Positions 1 to 13,999 of a DNA stretch of 64,000 nt are shown here, piece by piece. Within the stretch, counting starts at the first letter, position 1; every line of letters begins with the position of its first letter. The DNA is from Octopus vulgaris (taxonomy: Eukaryota): NCBI GenBank assembly GCA_951406725.2, contig OX597833.1:16182001-16246000 (forward strand), read 5' to 3'. The notes under the pieces are model-generated. The model had not been told where the DNA came from and made no database searches. It saw only the letters and a program-made list of their open reading frames with translations. The translations under genes and the position numbers were made by a program.

Positions 1-369
1 TCAAATCACTTGCTATGCAAGTACATCTCCGTAATTATCGTCTTATATTTTAAAATATGTGCCTGACGCTTAAGTCTTGTACAGTTTCAAATCTATTATA
101 TACGTGTTTTTGTTGATGTCCATTTTCTTTTTCGCAAATACGGCGGACATAGAGGCGAGCCACGTAACGCCTGTGAGCAGATAGATAGCTACTACATATA
201 TGTGTGTGTGTGAATGTGTGTGTATGTGTGTGTGTGCATGCGCGTATGTATGTCTGTGCAGGTGTAGCTATCTACATACGAACACACATGTTGCTTATTT
301 GTATGTCTGCCATATTTTCAGAAACCAGATTTATATTTACATATATATAAATTTATGTAAATCAGCAAA

Positions 370-551
370 TATACGTGTGCATGTATGTATGTATGTATGT
401 GTGTATGTGTGCATGTATGTATGTATGTATGTATGTATGTATGTATGTATGTATGTATGTATGTATGTATGTATGTGTGTATGTATATATATATATATAT
501 ATATGTATGTATATGTATATATATGTGTGTATATATGTATATGCATGTATG

Positions 552-582
<31 letters not shown>

Positions 583-652
583 ATGTGTGTGTGTGTGTAT
601 ATACATATGTATATATCTATATCTAACTATCTATCTATATATATACACACAC

Positions 653-708
<56 letters not shown>

Positions 709-730
709 ATGTGTATATATGATATATGAT
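370..730. repeat. Compound (TATG)n/(TA)n/(TG)n microsatellite
   Basis: Directly visible; explains the YVCM/IY pseudo-ORFs. Confidence 0.95.
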
Positions 731-1294
731 ATTATATTTTTTATCAACCCACGTATTTCACGCAACCCATATAAGTAAGACAGATATTTTCACATACAGA
801 ACAACAACGTTTTAAAGTACAAGTTTTTTTATTATTATTTTCTCTGCGCTTTTACCTGAAAAAAGAAATTATCAGAATAGCAAAAGAGGTGATATGTGTG
901 AACACGAAGGGCAGGGAGTTAGAGAGAAAGCAGAATAGAAGGCAAAACACACACACACACACGCACACACATACACTCACACACACATACACTCGCACAC
1001 ACACATGTATGTATGTATGTATGTATGTATGTATGTATGTATGTAGATTGAAACCTCAAAATATTTGGCATCACACGAAAAAAGAAGAAATTATTTTTCG
1101 AGCGATGTCTCATTTTTCATTTTGATATATATCCATCAGCTCAAGGAGGAGACACTTCCAGCCGCCTTCGATAGGCAGTCTCGTCACCATATTTTTCAGC
1201 AGATACAGCTCAAGCTGGAGTTTTAGTGGTAAACCAAACTGAGCACTCAATACACACATGTTACATCAGTTGACAAAAAATCTTTGTATATTCT

Positions 1295-2030
1295 CTATGT
1301 ATGTATATATGTATGTACGAATGTATGTATGTATGTATGTATGTATGCATGCATGTATGTATGTATGCATGTATGTATACATGCATGTATGTATGTATGC
1401 ATGTATGTATGTATGTATGTATATATGTATGTATGTATGTATGCATGTATGTATGCATGTATGTATGCATGTATGCATGCATGCATGTATGTATGTATAT
1501 ATGTATGTATGCATGCATGCATGTATGTATGCAAGTATGTATGTATGTATATATATGTATGTATGTATGTATATATGTATGCATGTATGTATGCATGTAT
1601 ATGTATGTATGTATGTATGTATGCATGCATGTATGTATGCATGTATGTATGTATATATGCATGTATGTATGTATGCATGTATGTATGTATGTATGTATGC
1701 ATGTACGTATGCATGTATGTATGCATATATATATGTATGCATGCATATATATATATGTATTCATGTATGTATGGATGTGTGTATGCTTGTATGTATGTTT
1801 GTATCTATGTATGCATGTATGTATATATCTATGTATTACGTAAGTATGTATGCATATATGTATGTATATATGTATGTATGTATGCATGCATATATATATG
1901 TATGTATTCATGTATGTATGGATGTTTGTATATATGTATAGATGTGCGTATGTATGTATATATGTATGTATACATGTATGTATCTATGCATGCATGTATG
2001 TACGTATGTATGTATGCATATATGTATGTA
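1295..2030. repeat. Degenerate (TATG/CATG)n microsatellite
   Basis: Directly visible 4-mer array. Confidence 0.95.
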
Positions 2031-2474
2031 GCCCTCTACATACACGTGTGCTTTAGGGGGTTTATGTGTGTGCGTGCTTTTGTTTAGTGTTGAAGACCAT
2101 CTTTTTTCAATGTTCTCTGAATATTTATGAGAATATAATGAATTATGGATTTATTTGCAAACTAAGGTGTCATCAAATCGTGTTTTCAGAAATTTTCCTA
2201 TGACAGCTACACTTAGTCAATTCTTGGGCCCTTTGTATCGTGATAGTCGTTCTTTATGATATACTTTGGGCTCAGATGTAGTTTTGAAATGTGGAAAGCA
2301 TTATTCCTTTCTTGATGAAGATCGTAAACTTAGAACCAACGGAAAGCGCTCAAAGAAAACACCTTGGATATTTCTTAAATCCATGTAAAATAGACAAAAA
2401 ATAATCCGGAGCAGTGAAGACTTCGGATGTATGCAGTTACTGGCCAGTTGCTTGGAAGATACAATGACAACCCA

Positions 2475-3003
2475 TATTATTTTTAAAGCAAAGAAAAAGG
2501 TCAATAAATACATGTCATTACATTTTTAATCAACCAAATATAAATTATTTTGTTGCACAATATGTCTCCATCTTTCCTTTAACTTGGAAATACCTTCTTC
2601 CCAGAATTGAGGTGCTTTCATGGCAAAGAATTCATCGACGTATCTGTTTACGTCATCCAAGGAATTGACATTTTTACCATTAAGACTATTCTGCAGAGAC
2701 CTGAATAAGTGGAGATCCGAAGGAGCAATATCTAGTGAATGTGGAAGGTGGGATAACACATCCAAGCCGAGCTGCAGCAATTTTTGTCTGGTTCCCAAAG
2801 CATCAAGTGCCGAAAATGAACTTTCTTATCTTCGATTTTAAAGGGTTACAAAATTAACATAAATCTTCTTCCACGAAAGATAGCTTAAACTGTGCTCTAA
2901 ATGGAAGTGTAATCAAATCCTATTTTATGGACTCAACCATGTTCTAAAATAAGTCGAAAGGTAAGCTAATATACATCGACACGAGTTATCCGGACAACCC
3001 AAT
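2475..3003 (-). mobile_element. Internally deleted mariner remnant with transposase C-terminus (2526-2798)
   Basis: Translation LSHLPHSLDIAPSDLHLFRSLQNSL...FWEEGISKLKERW matches mariner HPPYSPDLAPSDYHLF and C-terminal motifs; TIR-like end ttatccggacaacccaata near 2985-3003. Confidence 0.8.
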
Positions 3004-3306
3004 ACAATGACAGCCCAAATAATACTCCCATAATTAATGTAAATATAAACATACAATCATACACCAGATATTTACTCATCAACACACTACGTCAACTCAC
3101 CCACCATTGTGAAGTCTAATCTACGCCTGTCACTTCTGCAATCTGTAAATATAAAACGGTCACTTTTGGGTGGGCAGACATTTAATTTACTATGTTTGCG
3201 CTGTAATCTCAAAACCTGGCAAGCTTGCCTTTAGCCTTTATTCCAGAGGGTATGGACTGATCAAATAGTTATCGACACAAGAAGAAATAATTAAATCGAT
3301 CACAAT

Positions 3307-3471
3307 GGCGCAGGAGTGGCTGTGTGGTAAGTAGCTTGTTGACCAACCACATGGTTCCGGGTTCAGTCCCACTGCGTGGCACCTTGGGCAAGTGTCTTCT
3401 ACTGTAGCCTCGGGCCGACCAAAGCCTTGTGAGTGGATTTGGTAGACGGAAACTGAAAGAAGCCCATCGTA

Positions 3472-3550
<79 letters not shown>

Positions 3551-3770
3551 TCGTGTGTCTGTGTTTGTCCCCCTAGCATTGCTTGACAACCGATGCTGGT
3601 GTGTTTATGTCCCCGTTACTTAGCGGTTCGGCAAAAGAGACCGATAGAATAAGTACTGGGCTTACAAAAGAATAAGTCCTGGGGTCGAGATGCTCGATTA
3701 AAGGCGGTGCTCCAGCATGGCTGCAGTCAAATGACTGAAACAAGTAAAAGAGTAAAAGAGAGTAAAGAGT
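3307..3770 (+). mobile_element. tRNA-derived SINE family 1 (CORE-like, internal (TA)n, (AGTAAAAG)n tail)
   Basis: A box TGGCTGTGTGG, B-box-like GGTTCAGTCCC, CORE-like accttgggcaagt; many near-identical copies in window. Confidence 0.85.
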
Positions 3771-3980
3771 AATGATTTTCCTTCTATTTGTTTTGCGGCA
3801 AAAGGCCAGTAATTTTGAGAGGAGGAGGTCAGCCGATTACATTGACCCCAGTTCACAACTGCTTCTTATTTTATCGACCCCGAAATTATGAACGGCCAAG
3901 TCACCCTCGGAAGCATTTTAACTTTTTAAATCGATTACATTAATCCCTAAAATGAATGGTTGTTGATATCATCTCAATCT

Positions 3981-4710
3981 TTAACCCGTACGTTACTGTA
4001 TTTATTTTGAGATGCTCTATGTTTCTTTCAATTACTTTAAATATAACAGGGAATTTAGTAAAATAACTTAGCATTCAGCTAGTGTTAGGAACATAAATTT
4101 TGACTCAGGTTTAGTGGAAGATTTTAATTCAAAACTTATGAAAACAAAATATTTGTACTACAGAGCCAGACCGGTTTCAACCAGGTTGGTATTGAAAAGA
4201 TTAAGAATTGTTTCTATATTATATATATTTTAACCCCTTTGTTAAAATATTTTTGTTGAGATGATCTGTGTTTCTTTCAATTACTTTAAGTATAACAAAG
4301 AATTTAGTAAAATAACTTAGTTATCATTAAGCTAGTGTTAGGAACATAAATTGTGACTAAGGTTTGGTGGAAGATTTTAATTCAGAACTTATGAAAACAA
4401 GACATTTGTACTACAGAGCCAGACCGGTTTCAACCAGGTTGGTATCGAAAGGGTTAAGAATTATTTCTCTATTATATATTTTAACCCTTTTGTTACCATA
4501 TTTCTGTTGAGATGTTCTGTGTTTGTTTCAATTAATTTTAAATATAACAAAGAATTTAGTAAAATAACTTAGTTATCATTAAGCTAGTGTTAGGAACATA
4601 AAATGTGACTAAGGTTTAGTGGAAGATTTTAATTCAAAACTTATGAAAACAAGACATTTGTACTACAGAGCCAGGACCGGTTTCAGCCGGGTTGGTAACG
4701 AAATGGTTAA
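3981..4710. mobile_element. Three tandem piggyBac-like MITEs (~220 bp each)
   Basis: Each unit TTAA-CCC...GGG-TTAA (e.g. 4230-4457) with TIR ccctttcgttacc/ggtatcgaaaggg; units highly similar. Confidence 0.75.
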
Positions 4711-5009
4711 ACTAAACATATTCGAAATATTCATTTCCAAGCAACGAGAAAGGCTTAGAGTGAATTGTTCTAACAGCTAGAAATGGTAATCACAATTTCC
4801 TCAAATTATACCCCTACAGGCTTAAAATATAATACACAATGACTGAAAAATAAGAGACGGTCACAGTTGGAATGTTTTTGATGAACGTTTATTATTGTTG
4901 TCTTTGAAGTTGAACTTCAAAAACGAACATACTTCTTTCAAATTCTTTTCACTTTCGTTTTCCTAAATCTTTTGTAGACAGCTTTCTGTTACTTTCCTCT
5001 TCGCTGTCG

Positions 5010-5324
5010 CATCATCACGACCACCACCATCATCATCATTATTATTATCAACTTGTTGTCATCATCATCAACTTCTTCATCATCTTCATCATCATCATCA
5101 TCATCAACAAAAAGAACATGATCGACATAAACTTATCATCATCATCATCATCATTAACACAATCGTCGTCACCGTCATCATCATCGTCATCATCGTCGTC
5201 ATCATCGTTGTCGTCGTCATAGTCACCATTATCATCTTCATCATAACAATCTCCAACAATATTATCACCATAATAATAATAATCATCATCATCGTCGTCG
5301 TCGTCATCATCATCATCATCATCG

Positions 5325-5357
<33 letters not shown>

Positions 5358-5443
5358 ACAACAACATAATCATCATCATCGCCATCATCATCATCGTCGT
5401 CACCATCATCATTATCATCATCATCATTATCATCATCACCACG

Positions 5444-5479
<36 letters not shown>

Positions 5480-5580
5480 ATATCACCACCACCATCATCA
5501 TCAGCAACAACATCCTCATCATTGACACCACCACCACCACCTCAATCACCACCATTAACCACAACAAAAACAACAACAAC
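5010..5580. repeat. (CAT)n/(CAC)n/(CAA)n trinucleotide tract
   Basis: Directly visible; source of the poly-Met pseudo-ORF. Confidence 0.95.
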
Positions 5581-5939
5581 AGCAAAATCGTTTTTTTTTT
5601 TCCTTTTCCACTTAATTTAAGTCTTTAATTATTTGTCTTTAATTTCACTTCTTTTTTACAAGAATTTTTTCGACTGAAAAACCTCGAAATTGTTCTATTG
5701 TAACCGTGGAGTGGGTGGGGTAGAAGCAACAGAATCACATTTTCTCAAAATCGATTTGAATGATAACAATCACGAACGAACCTATTTTTAAACTGTGATA
5801 ATATCGAAATAAAAGAAACGGAGTGAGTATATTTAAATATGTTTCTTTAGCTGCGAGGATGGAAAACCTACGCGAATTTTTTTTAATCAATTCTCATATA
5901 AAAATAATCAATCATGATATAATATTGTGTTGTAAAAGA

Positions 5940-6700
<761 letters not shown>

Positions 6701-6709
6701 TGTTGTTGT

Positions 6710-7157
6710 TGAGTGAGAGAGCAGAGCATGCCATCAAGGTGACACTGGGGTAAAAAAATACGAAACTCAGTATACCCATCATGACTACCCGTCTGATAAC
6801 AACCAAGTGTGTGCGACATGGTGATCTCATATCAAGATAAACAGCGAATCCCCTTGCAGGTGGGGCCCACCTAGAATTTTTCTTCAAGTCGAGGAGCCCA
6901 TCCCGTTCAAAAGGTCCCTGAATAAGGGCTGTTTAAAGATGGTCAACACCCCACTAGCTCTACTCATGATAGTAACTGCACATATCGTTAGCCACCAAGA
7001 GACATGCTCAATTGGTTAAGATCAAACAACTGACAAGCAAATCTGTGGTATTGAGCAGAATATTTGCTGTAGCCCATCTTTTATACCAAGACAAAACAAT
7101 GTACATGATAACACTTCCAATCAGTTAAGGTCAGAAGCCATGAGAGCCGCTGCCTGA
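6710..7157 (-). mobile_element. Non-coding retroelement fragment in (TAT)n, homologous to 12150-12708
   Basis: Long direct similarity between both copies, both bounded by (TAT)n. Confidence 0.65.
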
Positions 7158-7159
7158 TT

Positions 7160-7540
7160 ATTATTATATCATGAAAAATCTCAGCTTTATTTTGCCATGT
7201 ATGATGGAAAGTGTCAGCTGTCCATAGCCAGGACATTAGGGTGGCACTTGCTTACTTGTTATATTTCAAGAACCCTCCATGGGACTCTGGCAGTTCCAAG
7301 CAATAATGATTTTTCTAGATGTTCTATTTTTACATTCGATCTAATCTTTTTGATCCATGTTGGTAGTTGGGTACTGATCCTACCAAGTGTACCAATCACT
7401 ATTGGTATCACGTCCACTTTCTTCATTGCCCACAACCTGCGTATTTCCCATTTCAATTCTTAATAGTTTAGTTTTCCAGTTTTTCTCCTTTCTCTACAAT
7501 CCTGTTATCGCCAGGACATACCGTGTCAGTTATTAGACAT
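7160..7540 (-). mobile_element. 3' fragment of R4/Dong-type non-LTR retrotransposon (restriction-like endonuclease C-terminus)
   Basis: ORF 7259-7456 KWEIRRLWAMKKVDVIPIVIGTLG...LEKSLLLGTAR, typical REL tail; ends in (TAA)n. Confidence 0.8.
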
Positions 7541-7732
7541 GGAGGGCAAGTGAAGGTTAAGAGATGTGGGCTGTTCCTAACAGGGTTACGCTTTTGGCCA
7601 GATAATATCAAATTTCCAGTAGGTACCATCTTACACAAAGCTTAAGAGAAATCCGCAATTAAATTGGTGCGGCCACATCTGAGGAGGCGCTGCTACTAGA
7701 CACCGTAAAACGACAGACTGCATCTCAAAATA

Positions 7733-8147
7733 TATTCTTTACTTCCCACAAGGGGCTAAACATAGAGGGGAAAAACAAGGACATACAAAGAGATCAAGTC
7801 GATTTCATCGACCCCAGTGCGTAACTGGTACTTAATTTATCGACCCCGAAAGGATGAAAGGCAAAGTCGACCTCGGCGGAATTTGAACCCAGAATGTAAC
7901 GGCAGACGAAATACCTATTTCTTTACTACCCACAAGGGGCTAAACATAGAGGGGACATACAAGGACATACAAAGAGATCAAGTCGATTATATCGACCCCA
8001 GTGCGTAACTGGTACTTAATTTATCGACCCCGAAAGGATGAAAGGCAAAGTCGACCTCGGCGGAATTTGAACCCAGAACGTAACGGCAGACGAAATACGG
8101 CTACGCATTTCGCCCGGAGTGCTAACGTTTCTGCCAGCTCGCCGCCT
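7733..8147 (-). mobile_element. Nin-domain tRNA SINE (family 2), dimer
   Basis: Head ggcggcgagctggcag, B box gttcaaattcc, Nin-like core gcctttcatcctttcggggtcgataaa; two tandem bodies. Confidence 0.8.
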
Positions 8148-8549
8148 ATCCGTTATTTCCAACAAACCCTAATCCGTTGCCCACAGATACTCTATGTATT
8201 CTGCCTTTATAACGGCGACCTCTGCTCCTTAAAGCTGATCTCCATTTTAGGTGCACCTCACACGTCTTTTCTTTGTTTGCCAGCCATAACGTATTCAGTA
8301 ATAACAACACCGCACACTGACTTCTACAGCCAGCTCGCCCTCTCCTGAATATTTGTACCTCGGAAGTTCCTCTCCCACCTCGTTGTCCATCGACTGTACC
8401 AAACTCAAAGGACATTGAATAAGTCATTTTCATTTACAATAATTAAAATGTAAATAAGCTGGATACTAATGAGTTGTTTACGTCGGTTAATTCGGTATTC
8501 ATAATTAAACAGCGATCTTTATTAACGTCTGTTTTCATCACAAAGTTAT

Positions 8550-9370
8550 ATATACCCGCACAGACATACACACATACACACATACACACGTACACACAAA
8601 CACAGATACATGCACACATGCACACATACTCATAGATACACAGACACTCACACACGTACACACATATACCTACAGATACGTAAACACGCACACATATTCA
8701 CAAATACGTGCACATATACACATACACACATACACACACAGAGATACGTAAACACACACACATACTTACAAATATGCACACACATACATACAGAGAGATA
8801 CGTAAATACGCACACATACTCACAAATACGCGCGCGCACGCACTCACACACATATTCATATGCACAAACACAGATACGTAAACACACACACTCGCAAATG
8901 TGCACACACACGCATTCACACACATACACACATACACATCCACAGATACGTGAACACGCACACATACTCACAAATACGCGCACACAAGCTCTCACACACA
9001 TATACACACACAGATACGTAAACACGCACACATACAAATACGTGCACACACGCAGTCATACATATACACATACACACACACAGATACATAAACACGTACA
9101 CATACTCACAAATACGCTCACACACATACACACATGCACACACACTGATACGTAAAGACACACACACTCACAAATGAGCACACTCACTCATTCATACACA
9201 TACAGATATCCAAACACACAGATACGTGAAAACGCACACAAACTCGCAAATACGCACACGCATGAATTATCACACACACACACATCCACACACACACACA
9301 CACATCCACACACACGCACTCACATGCACACACTTGCGCAAATATGCGCACATACGCATCCTCACAGATA
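8550..9370. repeat. CA-rich degenerate minisatellite (cagatacgtaaacacgcacacatactcacaaata units)
   Basis: Recurrent ~60 bp motif visible by eye. Confidence 0.8.
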
Positions 9371-9703
9371 TATAGATATTCAATATCCATGTGAGTTACC
9401 AAATTTTAAAAAGAACAACAAAAAACAAGGAAAAGATAGGTAGACGTTTCGGACAGCAACCCTTCGTCAAAAACAAAAGCAAAATAGACGAGAGGGAGAA
9501 GAAAAGTCGTAGGAAGAACAAACATGTTGTATCAGAGACATGCTTCTGTGTGTTTTCAGTGCTGTGCGAGTGCATCCTTTATCAGAGTATTTCCGTTCCA
9601 TATTGTCTTCGTGCCTGTGAGTGCCCTCTATGTATGTGTGTGTATGTCATTGTATGTTTCATCTACTTCTGTGTGTGTGTGACGTGTTATTCATTACCAA
9701 ACA

Positions 9704-9860
9704 GCGTGGCTGTTTGGTAAGAAGCTCGCTTCCCAACCGCATGGTTCCGTGTTCAGTCCCACTGCGTGGCACTTTTGGCAAGTGTCTTCTTCTATAGTCT
9801 CGGGCAGACCAAAGCCTTGTGAGTGTATTTGACAAACAGAAATTGAAAGAAACCCGTCCT

Positions 9861-9870
<10 letters not shown>
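9704..9870 (+). mobile_element. SINE family 1, 5' half
   Basis: Similarity to 3307-3470. Confidence 0.75.
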
Positions 9871-9911
<41 letters not shown>

Positions 9912-9930
9912 CTTTATATATACATATATA

Positions 9931-10052
9931 CTTTATTTAAAAGCAGCAGAAATATATTTGTTATATATTTCTGCTGCTTTTAAATAAAGCATATTACTCT
10001 AACTCTGGTATTTGAGTACTCTTTTTCCACCTTGTTTCACATTTATGTGCTT

Positions 10053-10058
<6 letters not shown>
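9931..10058. repeat. Insert in (TA)n starting with a perfect ~27 bp hairpin; related to 35275-35447
   Basis: ctttatttaaaagcagcagaaatatat and its reverse complement at 9931-9989; shared gtact..ttccaccttgttt..tttatgtgc segment. Confidence 0.7.
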
Positions 10059-10146
<88 letters not shown>

Positions 10147-10422
10147 TTAAAAAAGGAGATGTGGAACACGAGTTGTGATATATAAAAAAAGGAAATGAAG
10201 AAAATGCTGACAAAATAGAAAAAAATCTATCAGAAAGGAACTCTATCTCTCTTAAAAAAATATCTTTTGATAAGCATAACAAATGCGCAACCGGTTAAAA
10301 GAACTTTCACCTAATTAAATACACTCTCCCTTACTTAAATTATTTTGTCAGCATTTTCTTCATTTCCTTTTTTTTTATATATGTATATACATACATACAT
10401 ACATACATGCATGCATACATAA

Positions 10423-10834
10423 AGGCATAGGCGTGGCTGTGTTGTAAGGAGCTCGCTTCCTAACCACAAGGTTCCGGGTTCAGTCCCACAGCAAGGCACC
10501 TTGGGGAAAGTGTCTTCTACTATAGCCTCGGGACGACCAAATCTTTATGAGTGGATTTGGCAGACGGAAACTAAAAGAAGCCCGTCGTATCTATATATGT
10601 AAGTCTACCTATGTGTATGTGTATCTTTGTGTCTGTGTTTGCTCCCCCCATCACCGCTTGACAACCGGTATTGGTGTGTTTACGTCCTCCATAACTTTGT
10701 AAGCACTTAAGCACTAAGCTTACAAAGAAGAAATCCTGGGGTCAAGCCCTTCGACTAAAAATCCCATTAAGCTGGTGCTCCAGCATGGCCGCAGTCAAAT
10801 GACTGAAGCAAGTAAAATATTAAAATAATGAAAA

Positions 10835-10835
<1 letters not shown>
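10423..10835 (+). mobile_element. SINE family 1, diverged full copy
   Basis: Head, CORE-like box and tail ctccagcatggccgcagtcaaatgactgaa. Confidence 0.8.
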
Positions 10836-10896
<61 letters not shown>

Positions 10897-10915
10897 CATA
10901 TATATATATATACAT

Positions 10916-10971
<56 letters not shown>

Positions 10972-10985
10972 CATACATATATATA

Positions 10986-11043
<58 letters not shown>

Positions 11044-12093
11044 TCTGTACGTCCCAGTATTTCATTTTTGCGTGTGTGTCTGTTTGTTGTACACAAGCGT
11101 AACATCTTTATTCTCTTTCTTTCGTGAATAGACAGCAATTATTTTCCCGTGTTGATAAAATTAGGAATGCAATTTCCTCAGCTCTGCAGGTTCCACGGCT
11201 TAGAAAAATCTACTGGAATATACTTGAAGGAAAAAAAAAGCACGTATATAAATATTTCTTCGGTCAAAACATTTTATCGACACAATGTGGAGGTTTCTTT
11301 TAAATCCAAGCAAATACAAACTAACAAAATTTGAATTTTAGTAGGATACAAAGTTCCAAATACATCTTTCTTTATTCATTTCAATGTCTTTATTCTCAAT
11401 TGAAATGCACAATACATTTCAGAATATTGTTTAGTTCCTATTTATTGAGATATTTTGTTCAATTTAATGAACATATATTCTCTATTGATAATTTTATTTC
11501 AAATGATTTATTATTTTTCTATAATATTCATTTTCGAAAAATAAATTTCAATAGTTATTTTATTGTTTTTTTTTATCATTGTCTTTCGTTTCTGGAAATC
11601 TTTCGCATAACTTTCTTCTTCGAACAAAAGGGATTGCGTTGAACTTTGTCAGAGATTTCTGTTTTCCCTTTTGACAATATACTTTTCGTAACTTTCTTGT
11701 TTCGAATGGATCTTTTGTTCATTCTTATGACGTCGGTCACTTATCAGTAAGCTATACTGCTGCGATTTATCTAGAAAGCGCCAAAAACCATTGGTATTCA
11801 AATATCTCTTCTCTTCTTGTTTCCACAGTGTTTTTTGGGGGGGGTTTTTTGGTTTTTTGGTTTTGGTTTTTTTGTTATATTATTATCTTAAAATTGTAAA
11901 TGTTCGAAATTAGAATATTTTCACATTCATCGATTTCTTTGCTAAAATTCTATTTCGCAAAGAAATACAGCCGATTCTATTTAACAGCAGATATTCTATC
12001 AACATTATCATCAACATAACTATCATTATCATCATTATCATTATCATCAATATCATCTTCTACCGCCCCTCTTCTCTTCAGCATCATCATCAC

Positions 12094-12148
<55 letters not shown>

Positions 12149-12149
12149 A

Positions 12150-12707
12150 TTGAGTGAGAGAGCAGTGCATGCCAATCAAAGTGACACTGGGGTAAAATAT
12201 ACGAAGCCCAGTATACCCATCATGAATACCAGTCTGATAAGGGAACACTAGGCACATGCATCACAACCATATGTGCGCGACATGGTGATCTCATATCAAG
12301 ATGAACAGCGCAAGACCTTGCAGGTGGGGCCCAGTTAGATTTTTCTTCTGGTCAAGTAACCCATCCCGCGCAAAAGGTCCCTGAATAAGGGCTGTTCAAG
12401 GATGTTGAATGAAACACCGATGTTTCCAGAGGGGAATAATTCAAACCCCAAAGAATCCCTCTCAACACAGGACTATGATGCTCCCCAACTACTTCTGCTC
12501 GTGATCAGAGATGCACATATCGTCAGCCACCAAGGGACATGCTCAACCGGTTATGGTCAAACAACTGACAAGCAAATCTGAGGTATTGAGCAGAATATTT
12601 GCTGTAGCCCATCTTTTATACCAAGACAAAACAATGTACATGATAACACTTCCAATCAGTTAAGATCAGAAGCCAAGAGATCCACTGCCTGGTACTGCAT
12701 CAGGGCA

Positions 12708-12708
<1 letters not shown>
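12150..12708 (-). mobile_element. Non-coding retroelement between (TAT)n arrays, homologous to 6710-7157
   Basis: Direct similarity to the other copy; (TAT)n on both sides. Confidence 0.65.
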
Positions 12709-12786
<78 letters not shown>

Positions 12787-12788
<2 letters not shown>

Positions 12789-13480
12789 ATAGTTTTATTT
12801 TTATAGCGTGCTTTCACTTCACTATAGATCGCCTCTACCGAGCGCAGCTCTGGTCTGTCTTGGGTATGTGCTGTGGTTTGTTGTGATGCTCTTATGGTTA
12901 CTGTATTGAAAGTGTTTTCGTAGGATGTGTGCATTTGCCCAGTAGTGTAATTTTTTCAATGATATATATATTTGTAAGTCCTGGTGTTTTTGTTATGTAT
13001 TTGTCTGAATATTTTTTATCATACCCAATGCGCCTACTATGATAGGAATTGTTTCTGTTTTTAGATTCCACATTCGAGTTACCTCTATTTCCAGGTCTTT
13101 GAATTTTGAAAGTTTTTCCATTTCTTTTAGAGAAACGTTGTCATCTGCTGGTATTGATACATCAGTTAGAAAGCATTCTTTTTTCTTCATGATCTCTGAC
13201 AACTATATCTGGCCTATTCGCCGTAATTTCTCTATCTGTGTGTATAGGCATATCCCAAATATGCTTGCTTTCTCGTTTTCTGTGACCTTTTCTGGCGTGT
13301 GCCTATACCATCTTTTTTCTGTTGTTATTCCATAGCGTTGGCATAGCTTCCAGTGTATGTAGGTCCCACCTCTGTCATGTCTGTGAGTATATTCCTTCTT
13401 AGCCAAGACTGGGCAACCAGAGATAATATGATTTATTGTTTCTTGTCCATCTCCACATATTCTGCAGTTACTTGTTATTA
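12787..13480 (-). mobile_element. 5'-truncated R4/Dong-type non-LTR retrotransposon (CCHC knuckle + REL endonuclease), frameshifted
   Basis: Minus strand CRICGDGQETINHIISGCPVLAKKEYTHRHD, then DVSIPADDNVSLKEMEKLSKFKDLEIEVTRMWNLKTETIPIIVGALG; 3' end runs into (AAT)n. Confidence 0.9.
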
Positions 13481-13999
13481 TAAGGGGGAGCTTCGTTTAT
13501 AATGGACCATGCCAGTATATATTGTATGTTTTGTGATTTAAGATCATATATGTGTGTGGCTAATGATGTTGAGAATTTGTATTTTGTCATATTGAAAAGA
13601 TTTAAGTGAGTCCTATATCGCCGTTTAAAATCTAAGGCGCTACTTATGTAGGTGCTTGCTTGGTGATTCTACAAGACATTTATAAACTACATTTTTATGC
13701 AGACAGAAGTCCCCAAACGGGCATGTATGAGGTATACGACAATTACAGGTTTTCTTTATTATTTCACCATTTATTTTAGTTGAGCTATTTTGGGGGATAA
13801 TATGGGGTGTTGTGCAAGGGTTCTAGTGTGTATTAGTTCAAAGATGAATTTTATATCTATTAATATAGTCTATTATATTTCCTAGATTTGGTGTGGTGGA
13901 GTAAGATAACGATTTGTTAAACGATGCAACGGAAAGTTTGATTTCAGAATTTTAAAAAATAATTTAGGCAAAGATTTAACCTGTAGAGAAAAGGGTATT

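Noticed and set aside
200-2087. Long ORFs rich in MYVC/IHTY (and all similar ORFs across the window)
   Set aside because: Translations of stop-free microsatellites; no real protein signal.
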